This document shows, piece by piece, positions 1 to 9,025 of a stretch of DNA of 64,000 nt. Origin of the DNA: Cytophagales bacterium (GTDB taxonomy: Bacteria > Bacteroidota > Bacteroidia > Cytophagales > UBA9547); the NCBI GenBank assembly GCA_033765235.1, contig JANRIG010000036.1, positions 139,558 to 203,557 on the forward strand, given 5' to 3'. Each line of letters begins with the position of its first letter. Position 1 is the first letter of the stretch. A program made the translations under genes and the position numbers. The notes beneath the pieces were generated by a model, which was not told the DNA's origin, searched no databases, and saw only the letters and a program-made list of their open reading frames with translations.

Positions 1-2
1 GT

Positions 3-494
3 CAAAACAATATACCATTTTTTGGAATATGCCTGGGCATGCAATGTGCAGTGGTAGAGTTTGCACGCAATGTGTTAAACTACCCCGATGCCAACTCTAC
101 AGAAATGGATGCCAATACCTCATACCCTGTGATAGACATGATGGAAGGCCAAAAAAAGATTACCCAAAAAGGTGGTACCATGAGGTTGGGAGCATTCCCG
201 TGTAAAATATCAAAAAATACAATAGCGCATAAACTATATGGAAATGAACACATAAGCGAGAGGCACAGGCACAGGTATGAGTTTAACAACACCTATTTGC
301 AAGAATATGAAAAAGCAGGAATGATAGCTTCCGGCATAAACCCGGACTCAGGCTTGGTAGAAATAGTAGAGCTATCGTCGCACCCGTTTTTTGTAGGCAC
401 ACAATTTCACCCTGAGCTCAAAAGCACTGTGTTAAACCCACACCCGCTTTTTGTAGGCTTTGTGAAAGCCTCTTTAGAGTATTCTAAGGAGTAG
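3..494 (+). CDS. pyrG: CTP synthase, C-terminal glutamine amidotransferase part (5'-truncated by the window edge)
   Basis: Frame is open from position 3 and reads [15 protein letters not shown] (nucleophile Cys motif), [10 protein letters not shown] and GTQFHPE (catalytic His-x-Glu). Confidence 0.96.
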   Translation, partial: QNNIPFFGICLGMQCAVVEFARNVLNYPDANSTEMDANTSYPVIDMMEGQKKITQKGGTMRLGAFPCKISKNTIAHKLYGNEHISERHRHRYEFNNTYLQEYEKAGMIASGINPDSGLVEIVELSSHPFFVGTQFHPELKSTVLNPHPLFVGFVKASLEYSKE

Positions 495-791
495 ATGTTT
501 TGAGAAAATGAGGTTGTAATAGTCATGCTCAATTTTCCATTTCTATTATTTTCTTAATATTTATTTTATCCGTAATTATTTTATATTTATTTCATTAATA
601 ATACATTGATTGATTATAAGTTAGCATATATATTGCTTGGAGTGTTAAGGCGTAATATTTTCGCAATAATTTGCTAATTATCAGTAAATTAAAAATATTA
701 TTTTGTTCACTTTCTTTGAATAACAAATCAAATAAATAAAATTTACTGCAAAATTTTTAATTATTATTTATAAAAACTTTAATATCTAACA

Positions 792-2315
792 ATGAATGTA
801 AATAAACTTATACTCTTGAGCATTGCCTTGATGATATCTTGCAACAACGAGAAAAAAATTGTAAACCTTAATACATTTACGCTATCAAAATCTGATATAC
901 TTGATAAAATAAAAGGTGGATGGGCCGGACAAACTATTGGGGTATGTTTTGGTCAACCAACCGAATTTAGCTATTATGGTTTGATGCAAGATCATGTTAA
1001 ATTAAAGTTTGATTCCGCATCTGCTGTAGATTATTTTAACAATGACGATATATATGTGGATGTAATTTATGCTGATGTAATAGAAAGGCTCGGACTTGAA
1101 GCACCTGCCGATTCTTTTGCAACTGCACTAGCTTATTCGAAAGTAGGTTTGGCACACGCCAATCAAGCATGCCGATATAACGTGAAAAGAGGAATAATGC
1201 CTCCTCAATCCGGACATTGGAAAAATAATCCACATGCAGATGATCTTGATTTTCAAATTAATGCCGATTTTATTGGATTAATGTCGCCAGGTATTCCAAA
1301 TAGTGCACTTAAAATTGCTGATAAGGTTGGACATATTGTGAATTATGGAGATGGTTGGTATGGCGGAGTGTTTATAGCGGCATGCTACTCATTAGCTTTT
1401 GTATATGACGATGTTGAAACAGTATTAAAAGAAGCATTAAAAGCCATACCAGTTGAAAGTGAGTTTTATAAATGCATAAATGCAGTAATTGATTTACACA
1501 AAAAAAATCCTACGGATTGGAAATATACTTGGTTTGAGATAGAAAAGAAATTTAATGAAGATATAGCCTGCTCGGAAGGTACCCTTCGAGGATTTAATAT
1601 TGATGCCAAAATTAATTCTGCTTATGTAGTAATTGGTTTATTATATGGCGAAGGGGATTTCACAAAAACTATAGAAATTGCCACAAGATGTGGACAGGAC
1701 TCGGATTGCAATCCTGCATCCGCAGGTGGTATTTTGGGCGCTATTAAAGGCTACAAAAATATACCTGATAATTATCTGACAGCATTAAAAGTGATAGAAA
1801 ATAGAAAGTTGAATAATACAAGATACTCACTTAGCGAAGCATACCAGCTCAGTTTAAAGCATAGCCTAATAAACTTGGAAAAGGCAAATCAAAAAATCAC
1901 AGATTCGATTGTAACCATCACTTACGCTGATATTGTGCCAGTGCCGTTTGAAAAAAGTTTTGAAAACTTAATTCCAACGCATAACATAGGCAATTGGTTT
2001 GGTAATGTAATAACACCAGATAAAAATAATTTGGAGTTTGATTTTGAAGGAGCAGGTATATTGATAAGAGGCACATCACTGGTTATTGAAAGCAAGTTAA
2101 AGGAATACACCCACTTAATTGAAATTAACATTGATAATCAAATTATTGATACTATGGCAGTCCCTTCTTTTTATTTGGATAAAATTAATGAAGTATATTG
2201 GAACTTTGAATTAGAGCAAAAGAATCATCATCTGAAAATGAGGATAGTAAATCCTGCCGATGGTGCTTGGGTGAAAGTAACAGAAAGTACAGTATTTAAC
2301 AAACGAAATAAATGA
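792..2315 (+). CDS. ADP-ribosylglycohydrolase (ARH/DraG-fold) family lipoprotein
   Basis: Lipobox LMISC; family motifs KIKGGWAGQTIG, NNDDIYVD, DDLDFQINAD, GQDSDCNPASAGGILG; extra C-terminal beta-rich domain. Confidence 0.8.
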   Translation: MNVNKLILLSIALMISCNNEKKIVNLNTFTLSKSDILDKIKGGWAGQTIGVCFGQPTEFSYYGLMQDHVKLKFDSASAVDYFNNDDIYVDVIYADVIERLGLEAPADSFATALAYSKVGLAHANQACRYNVKRGIMPPQSGHWKNNPHADDLDFQINADFIGLMSPGIPNSALKIADKVGHIVNYGDGWYGGVFIAACYSLAFVYDDVETVLKEALKAIPVESEFYKCINAVIDLHKKNPTDWKYTWFEIEKKFNEDIACSEGTLRGFNIDAKINSAYVVIGLLYGEGDFTKTIEIATRCGQDSDCNPASAGGILGAIKGYKNIPDNYLTALKVIENRKLNNTRYSLSEAYQLSLKHSLINLEKANQKITDSIVTITYADIVPVPFEKSFENLIPTHNIGNWFGNVITPDKNNLEFDFEGAGILIRGTSLVIESKLKEYTHLIEINIDNQIIDTMAVPSFYLDKINEVYWNFELEQKNHHLKMRIVNPADGAWVKVTESTVFNKRNK

Positions 2316-5101
2316 AAATTAGATTATTAATTGTTTTTTTATATCTATTTAGATTGTCCAATGCACAAGAAATCATAAAATTTGACGCTGTCAAAATTAC
2401 CAGCAGATACAAAGATACTCCTTTCAAAATGGGAAATCAGGGTCCAGGAGGCAAAGAAATCAAGCTAAACAGTTTATATATGTCTGTAGGTGGCAAGCCT
2501 GTAGTACCTGTGATGGCCGAAATGCAATATTCAAGGGTGCCCCTATCACAATGGGAAGATTATATCCTCAAAATGAAAGCTTGCGGTGTAAATATAGTTG
2601 CCACCTATGTGTTTTGGAACCATCATGAATATATAGAAGGGCAATTTGACTGGCAAGGCAATAAAAACCTACGAGATTTTGTGAAACTATGCGGTAAACA
2701 CGGCTTATCAGTGTATCCTCGCATAGGACCTTGGTGCCATGGCGAAGCCCGAAACGGTGGCAGTCCCGATTGGATATTGCAAAAAAAGAATATATCAGAC
2801 AGGTGGCAACATCCTGTGTATGAATATTATGTAGACAGACTGTATGCACAAATCGCTGCTCAATTCAGAGGCTTGCTATACAAAGATGGAGGACCTATAA
2901 TAGGTATTCAGCTGGAAAACGAATACTCCAGAGGTAAAGATGGCGAATATCATACACTTTGGCTCAAAAACACAGCCATAAAATATGGCATAGATGTACC
3001 TATATATAATGTGACAGGGTGGGGCAATGGCTCAGTGCCACCCTATGAGGTCATTCCGTTTTTTGGTGCATACCCCGATGCACCTTGGGCAGATAACATA
3101 GAGCGCAGTACAGATTGCAGTGATTTTACATACAATAGTTTTGTAGATTATGAAAAAATAGGAAACAATTTGCAAAAAAAATCAGGATATATGACTTATG
3201 AAGACTATCCTTTTTTCACCTGTGAAATGGGGGTAGGTATTCAAAACACCTATCACCGCAGATTAGTGGTATCGCCCATAGATGGGTTGATATTGGTAAA
3301 TTATAAACTTGGTGCAGGCAGCAATTTGATAGGTTACTATGTATTTGCCGGAGGGTCTCATCCACACGACCCCTATGTGTCCAATGAAGAAAATCGAGAG
3401 TTAACAGGCTATTGGAATAATAATCCGCAAATTTCGTATGATTTTCAGGCAGCTGTCAAAGAGTCGGGCAAGTTGGCACCCAGCTACTTTCAGGTAAAAA
3501 AACTCCATTATTTCTTGAATGAATTTGGAGATAGACTTGCCGTGACAGAGCCGGTATGGGTAAAAAATCAATACCGAAACAAATTTATATTGCGTGTCAA
3601 AGGAAACTCAGGTTTCATATTTGGTGCCAATTATTGCAGAAATAATATATCTGCAAATATCAAAGACTTAAAATTTGAAGTAAATTTTGGCCAAGAAAAA
3701 ATTATTATACCATCCAACCCAGTATCAGTACATGATAGTGCCGTATTCATTTGGCCGGTGAATATGAAATTAAACGATATAATATTAAAACATGCTTCTG
3801 CACAGCCAATATGTAGCTTAGAATATCAAGGCAAACCTTTATGGGTGTTTTTTCAAAACCTATATCATGACCCCGAATTTTGTTTCGATGCTAAAAATAT
3901 TAGTACAATAAATGCAAATAAAGGTATTGTCAAAAACGAAAATGGTAAATTCTATGTCAATAACCTAAAATCAGACAAAGATTGCCTCATAGAAATATTA
4001 CATCAAGATAATAATAAATCATATATTTTGGTGCTCACCCAAGAGCAGGCAAATAGAAGTTGGCTTTTGAATGACAATGGAAATAAACACTTTTATATCT
4101 CATCGTCAGGTATGTATATAAAAAATAAAAAATTAAGTATATATGGAGAAAATAGTCAATTAGCGTTTAGTGCATTGCGTGGTGACACCATTTTGGTATC
4201 TGACAATATCAAAGTAGCTTGTACTACTAGTGGAATATTTACCAACTATACAGCAACCCTCAAAAAATGTACCTCCCAAGCAGAAGTGGTCAAAAAAGGT
4301 ATATTAGGAAATGCAAAGTGGCTGCAATCATCAGTAAATGAAGTAAAAAGTAATACTAACCAGCAGCACAAGTTTTTTGTGAAAGAACTTAATATAGGCA
4401 ATACAGCAGCACTTAAAAATGCACAACTGTATTTGGCTACTCAATACAGGTGTAGGCTGTTTGTAAATTTTGTAGAAGTAAATAAAGAAATAACACCCAA
4501 TGTATTGAATAAAATAGATGTGACAGCCTACCTCAAAAAGGGGGACAATGTATTATGCCTTGCTTTCCCGTTGCACGATGGTAATAAAGGATTTGCAGCA
4601 CATATCATAGGAGAATATTTCAACACAGACAGGTTTGATATTTATACCGATATTTCATGGCAAACCCATGAAGACATACGGTTTCCCACATGGTATCAAA
4701 GCCTAAAATATCTCAAATCTCCTACTATACTTAATTATAGCCCCGATATAAACCTTAATAACCCGGATTTCTCTGAGTACGGCATAAGTATCAAAGGCGT
4801 GTGTAACGAAAATATAAATAACAACTACCTGAATATTCTATACAAAGGTAATATAGCAAAAATTTGGTCAGCACATCTCATGGTCGGTGATGACTATAAT
4901 AGCCAAGTATTATGGAATTTGGGATTGTCAAGATTAGGCAATGTGACCGAAACTACCGAGCTTAACCTTACAATATTTCCATTAAAAGAATATGAAAGAA
5001 TATATTTTGATATACCTATATCCAAAGATAGTTATGACAAGGCAGAAATAGACAAGATAGAACTTATGCCAGAATACATAGCAGAATTTAAGCTGAAATA
5101 A
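2312..5101 (+). CDS. Glycoside hydrolase family 35 (beta-galactosidase-like), secreted
   Basis: EMQYSRVP, ATYVFWNHHE, RIGPWCHGEARNGG, IQLENEY (acid/base Glu), FTCEMGVG (nucleophile Glu); signal peptide ending SNA-Q; ATGA overlap with the upstream gene. Confidence 0.87.
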   Translation: MKIRLLIVFLYLFRLSNAQEIIKFDAVKITSRYKDTPFKMGNQGPGGKEIKLNSLYMSVGGKPVVPVMAEMQYSRVPLSQWEDYILKMKACGVNIVATYVFWNHHEYIEGQFDWQGNKNLRDFVKLCGKHGLSVYPRIGPWCHGEARNGGSPDWILQKKNISDRWQHPVYEYYVDRLYAQIAAQFRGLLYKDGGPIIGIQLENEYSRGKDGEYHTLWLKNTAIKYGIDVPIYNVTGWGNGSVPPYEVIPFFGAYPDAPWADNIERSTDCSDFTYNSFVDYEKIGNNLQKKSGYMTYEDYPFFTCEMGVGIQNTYHRRLVVSPIDGLILVNYKLGAGSNLIGYYVFAGGSHPHDPYVSNEENRELTGYWNNNPQISYDFQAAVKESGKLAPSYFQVKKLHYFLNEFGDRLAVTEPVWVKNQYRNKFILRVKGNSGFIFGANYCRNNISANIKDLKFEVNFGQEKIIIPSNPVSVHDSAVFIWPVNMKLNDIILKHASAQPICSLEYQGKPLWVFFQNLYHDPEFCFDAKNISTINANKGIVKNENGKFYVNNLKSDKDCLIEILHQDNNKSYILVLTQEQANRSWLLNDNGNKHFYISSSGMYIKNKKLSIYGENSQLAFSALRGDTILVSDNIKVACTTSGIFTNYTATLKKCTSQAEVVKKGILGNAKWLQSSVNEVKSNTNQQHKFFVKELNIGNTAALKNAQLYLATQYRCRLFVNFVEVNKEITPNVLNKIDVTAYLKKGDNVLCLAFPLHDGNKGFAAHIIGEYFNTDRFDIYTDISWQTHEDIRFPTWYQSLKYLKSPTILNYSPDINLNNPDFSEYGISIKGVCNENINNNYLNILYKGNIAKIWSAHLMVGDDYNSQVLWNLGLSRLGNVTETTELNLTIFPLKEYERIYFDIPISKDSYDKAEIDKIELMPEYIAEFKLK

Positions 5102-5346
5102 AATATGATTATTTTGATTTTTTTAACCTAATTTTTTTGTTGTCTAAGTCAATGTATTACCATTATTATAGGCATATAAATCCATTAAAAAATAGTTATT
5201 TTATCCATTATTTTGACATAAAATTATTTTTTCTACATTCTCAATACTACTCAGCGATGGTTGCTCCTCGCAAAAATATGCGGTTTTTCACCATGTATCA
5301 TTCTCTTTTTTTAACAATATACTTGACTTTATCAAGGCATTGTGGT

Positions 5347-5745
5347 TCAATATTTTCTATTGAATATTGTAGAATAAAGCATTGCTTTTTTGGCAGATTT
5401 GCGGTCAAAGTTTAGTTTTGTCTTTGTTCTGTCAATGGATTTTGTCTGTGGCTCATATTTGGGCGCTATTATTGCAGTAGAGCCTTCACCGTAGTATAGT
5501 TCTTCAAGGCTTTTGTACACTACTTTTTCTTCATTCACTACCATTTCAGATGCTGCAAATGGCTTGTAGTCATTGTTATATATATCGCGTTCTATCTCTT
5601 TTTGCGGAGGGTTATAGGTCGTTTTTGCTTTTGGAGGAGTAGGAGGTAGCGGTGCAGCAGTGTTTTTTTTTTGTTGTTTCATAAAACGGTTCACAAAATA
5701 CAAAAACATAAAAATCACATAGGCAATCCAGATGAACTCTTTCAT
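5347..5745 (-). CDS. Hypothetical membrane-anchored protein (N-terminal TM helix, Pro-rich linker, C-terminal AMLYSTIFNRKY motif)
   Basis: 132-aa ORF directly downstream of the DUF1599 gene; the C-terminus resembles the IIYSEILNRKY ending of Bacteroidota YqfB-like proteins (recognition from memory). Confidence 0.6.
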   Translation of the reverse strand: MKEFIWIAYVIFMFLYFVNRFMKQQKKNTAAPLPPTPPKAKTTYNPPQKEIERDIYNNDYKPFAASEMVVNEEKVVYKSLEELYYGEGSTAIIAPKYEPQTKSIDRTKTKLNFDRKSAKKAMLYSTIFNRKY

Positions 5746-5753
5746 GATATTAT

Positions 5754-6314
5754 TTATTTATTATTAATATTTTCATCTAACTTAATCATACAAAACACGG
5801 CATAGTTTATTATATCTCTATAGTTGGCATCTATTCCTTCGGATATGATGGTGTAGCCATCGTTGCCTTCTATCTGTTTTATACGGTATATCTTCATAAG
5901 TATCAAGTCTGTCATGGATGATACTCTCATATCGCGCCAAGCCTCATTATAGTCATGATTTTTGTTTTGTTGCAAGTGCAATGTACTTTCCACTTGGGCA
6001 TCGTAACGGGCTGCCACATCCTCAGGGTTTAGCTCCATAGGGTCATTTGGGGTGAGCTGCATCTGCATGAGCGCGATAATGCAATAGTTGATAATCCCTA
6101 TAAATTCTGCCTCTACTGTATCGTTCACTTTTTGTGTGCCGGTATCTTGTATAGTGCGTATGCGCTGTGCTTTTATAAAAATTTGGTCGGTGACAGAAGG
6201 TAGCCTTAGTATACGCCAAGCAGTGCCGTAGTCTTTGGTTTTGTTTACAAAAATATTTTTGCAACTTTGTATCACCTTTTGGTATTGCACTAAGGTATTG
6301 TTTGCCACATTCAT
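5754..6314 (-). CDS. DUF1599 (nucleotide-modification-associated domain) protein, two tandem domains
   Basis: Internal duplication: KTKDYGTAWR...TDQIFIKAQRI...IINY and KNHDYNEAWR...TDLILMKIYRI...DIINY. Confidence 0.85.
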   Translation of the reverse strand: MNVANNTLVQYQKVIQSCKNIFVNKTKDYGTAWRILRLPSVTDQIFIKAQRIRTIQDTGTQKVNDTVEAEFIGIINYCIIALMQMQLTPNDPMELNPEDVAARYDAQVESTLHLQQNKNHDYNEAWRDMRVSSMTDLILMKIYRIKQIEGNDGYTIISEGIDANYRDIINYAVFCMIKLDENINNK

Positions 6315-6369
6315 GTATTCTTAAATAAAACTTTTTTTCAAATTTTACAAAAATATATTCATTTTCAAT

Positions 6370-7218
6370 ATGTATCCTGCAAAAAATATTTATACGCTCA
6401 ACCTTGGCGGAGATATCTTATTGATAGATAAACCATTGGTAATGGGTATATTAAATATTACCCCCGACTCATTCTATGATGGAGGGCTGCATGACACTCA
6501 TACTAAAATATTAACCCATACCGAAAAAATGCTCTCAGATGGGGCAGCCATCATAGATGTAGGGGCATACTCCTCCAGACCCGGCAGCTCAGAAGTGACT
6601 GTAGAAAATGAAATGAGTAGGCTCAAACCTGTATTACAACTACTCAAAAAAAAATTCCCTTCTATCAAAATATCTGTAGACACATTCCGTTCACAAGTGG
6701 CTAATATGGCTGTAAACGAAGGTGCATGTATGATTAATGATATATCAGGAGGTGCTATGGACAGCGACATGCTGCCTACCATGGCACGTATCAAAGTGCC
6801 CTATGTGCTCATGCACATGAGAGGTACTCCTCACAATATGACCGGTATGACCGATTATCAAAACATTGTGGCTGAAATAATGCAATACTTTGCACAAAAA
6901 ACAGATGCACTCAAAAAGCATGGCATTTACGATATCATCATAGACCCGGGTATAGGTTTTGCAAAAAATATTGAACAAAATTTTCATATCTTGAAAAATT
7001 TGAGTTATTTTAACGAACTTGGCTTACCATTGATGGTAGGCATATCAAGAAAATCATTTATTTACAAAACGTTAGATACTGACTCATTGCATGCACTTAA
7101 TGGTACCACATCTATGCATACTTCTGCACTTATGCAAGGAGCACAGATACTTAGGGTACATGATGTGAAAGAGGCTGTGGAAACGGTAAAATTGGTGCAA
7201 AAGTTAAATATTAATTAG
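6370..7218 (+). CDS. folP: Dihydropteroate synthase
   Basis: MGILNITPDSFYDGG, SVDTFRS, INDISGG, IDPGIGFAK, GISRKS, LRVHDV. Confidence 0.97.
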   Translation: MYPAKNIYTLNLGGDILLIDKPLVMGILNITPDSFYDGGLHDTHTKILTHTEKMLSDGAAIIDVGAYSSRPGSSEVTVENEMSRLKPVLQLLKKKFPSIKISVDTFRSQVANMAVNEGACMINDISGGAMDSDMLPTMARIKVPYVLMHMRGTPHNMTGMTDYQNIVAEIMQYFAQKTDALKKHGIYDIIIDPGIGFAKNIEQNFHILKNLSYFNELGLPLMVGISRKSFIYKTLDTDSLHALNGTTSMHTSALMQGAQILRVHDVKEAVETVKLVQKLNIN

Positions 7219-7230
7219 AAACATAGTAGC

Positions 7231-8097
7231 TTGGGCAAACTGTTTGAAATAGGTTTTTTAGAAGTGCAATGGATAGATGCACTGGATATACTACTGGTAT
7301 CATTTTTGTTTTACCAGCTTTATAAGGTATTGCGTGGCAGCATAGCACTCAAGATTTTTATCGGGTTGCTGGGTTTATATATATTTTACTTGCTCATCAA
7401 GGCTGCTCAAATGGACTTATTGGCTACCATATTGGGCAACTTTATGGGGGTAGGCATCATAGGGGTCATTATATTATTTCAGCAAGAAATAAGAAAATTT
7501 CTCCTCATAGCCAGCAAAAATGCCTCCAAAGACAAAGGATTTCTCAAAAGTATATTTTTCCGTACCAAAGAGCGCTCACTCACTACTGACATTGCCTCCA
7601 TAGTAGATGCTGCCAAGTCACTGAGCGGCACCTCTACAGGAGCACTCATAGTGATAGCCAAAGGCTCAGAGCTCAGGCTATATGCAGAGACAGGCGATGA
7701 AATGGATGCTACCATTTCAAAAAGACTGATAGTATCTGTGTTCAACAAATACAGCCCACTGCATGATGGTGCACTCATAGTGGTGAATAACCGTATTATG
7801 GCAGCCAGATGTATATTGCCTGTGTCAGAAGATGCTACATTGCCTGCTTTTCTCGGCCTCAGACACAGAGCAGCCATTGGCATATCAGAACTTACAGATT
7901 GTGTGGTTATCACAGTGTCGGAGGAGACCGGAGCTATTTCATTAGCCCGCAATGGCAAGCTGTATCACAACCTTTCGGCTTCTGAGCTGCGCAGCAAGCT
8001 CAATATATTTCTCTACGGCAGTGATGAAGAAATAGAAAGAGAAGATGTAAAAAGCCATGATGTATTTGCTGCCCAAAAAGAAGAGCTTGCTCAATAA
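7231..8097 (+). CDS. cdaA: Diadenylate cyclase CdaA/DacA
   Basis: Three N-terminal TM helices, FQQEIRKFL, SPLHDGA and GLRHRAA catalytic motifs; TTG start. Confidence 0.93.
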   Translation: MGKLFEIGFLEVQWIDALDILLVSFLFYQLYKVLRGSIALKIFIGLLGLYIFYLLIKAAQMDLLATILGNFMGVGIIGVIILFQQEIRKFLLIASKNASKDKGFLKSIFFRTKERSLTTDIASIVDAAKSLSGTSTGALIVIAKGSELRLYAETGDEMDATISKRLIVSVFNKYSPLHDGALIVVNNRIMAARCILPVSEDATLPAFLGLRHRAAIGISELTDCVVITVSEETGAISLARNGKLYHNLSASELRSKLNIFLYGSDEEIEREDVKSHDVFAAQKEELAQ

Positions 8098-8582
8098 GGC
8101 ACTCTTACTCCATGATATTCAACATTGGCTACATAGTCTTTGCGCAGTGGGTGCCCTACCCAGTCTGCAGGATTGAGTATGCGCCTCAGGTCAGGGTGGT
8201 GGGTAAATACAATGCCGTACATATCATAAGCTTCACGCTCGTGCCACAGTGCAGATTTCCATATATGGCTTATGGTATCTATGCAGGGCAATCGCTCATC
8301 AGTAGGGCGGTCAAGTACTACTTTCACACACAGGCTTTGATGGTGTATTATTGAGTATAAGTTATATGCTATTTCAAACTTGGCTGCCTCAACACCCAAG
8401 TCCAAGGCGGTAATACATGACAGGTAGTCAAAATAAAAGCGGGGGTCGCTGAATAATGTTTCACACACAGCAGTGAGCTGCTCTTTGGGTAATATGATGT
8501 AGGGCATGAGCACATTGCTTTCTACTATTTCAAAAGTATATCCTCGCGAGGACAAATGTGAGGTTATTTCTGTAAAATTCAT
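8091..8582 (-). CDS. nuoC: NADH-quinone oxidoreductase subunit C
   Basis: FDYLSCITALD, WHEREAYDMYGIVFTHHPDLRRIL, GHPLRKDY. Confidence 0.94.
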   Translation of the reverse strand: MNFTEITSHLSSRGYTFEIVESNVLMPYIILPKEQLTAVCETLFSDPRFYFDYLSCITALDLGVEAAKFEIAYNLYSIIHHQSLCVKVVLDRPTDERLPCIDTISHIWKSALWHEREAYDMYGIVFTHHPDLRRILNPADWVGHPLRKDYVANVEYHGVRVPY

Positions 8583-9025
8583 ATTATAGTATGGCTATAC
8601 ATTATTCAAACCGCAAGTTAATAATTAACAGATATAGTGAAATAATGTTTCATCATGCTGTAAACTAATATAATTTTTTTTATCGAGTTGCAAATCTTAA
8701 AGTCATTATTATATTTTTTATTCCTGATAATTGTGCCTTTATTATATACTACATATGTACTTGTTGAAAATAACTTGGTTTCACATTAACCATGTTGGGC
8801 AGTATGTCAGCATTTGCATTTTGAGCTTTATTTATTAATTATACCCATGCGGATGTGCAGGTATTTGTAATAAATTTTCTTCATTCAATTTAGTTACTAA
8901 TGTATTTTAATATTACATCCATTTTGTATTAATAATCAAAGATTTAGTAATATAAATATGCATGGTGGTATATTTTAGCATAATTCATAAATTTATTAAT
9001 AATTTTATAATGAATAATTAGAATT

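Noticed and set aside
5137-5415. 92-aa plus-strand ORF
   Set aside because: Non-ATG start, low-complexity AT-rich translation, overlaps the 3' end of a better minus-strand gene.
5663-5672. Homopolymer runs in coding regions (T10 here, A10 at 9276-9285, A9 runs elsewhere) as phase-variation switches
   Set aside because: A/T runs of 8-10 are frequent throughout this AT-rich sequence, mostly at Lys codons, and the frames are intact.
7479-7958. Long antisense ORFs (also 16417-16956, 20239-20619, 44678-45193, 32704-33063 and similar)
   Set aside because: They are shadows of well-supported genes on the opposite strand, with no recognisable motifs.
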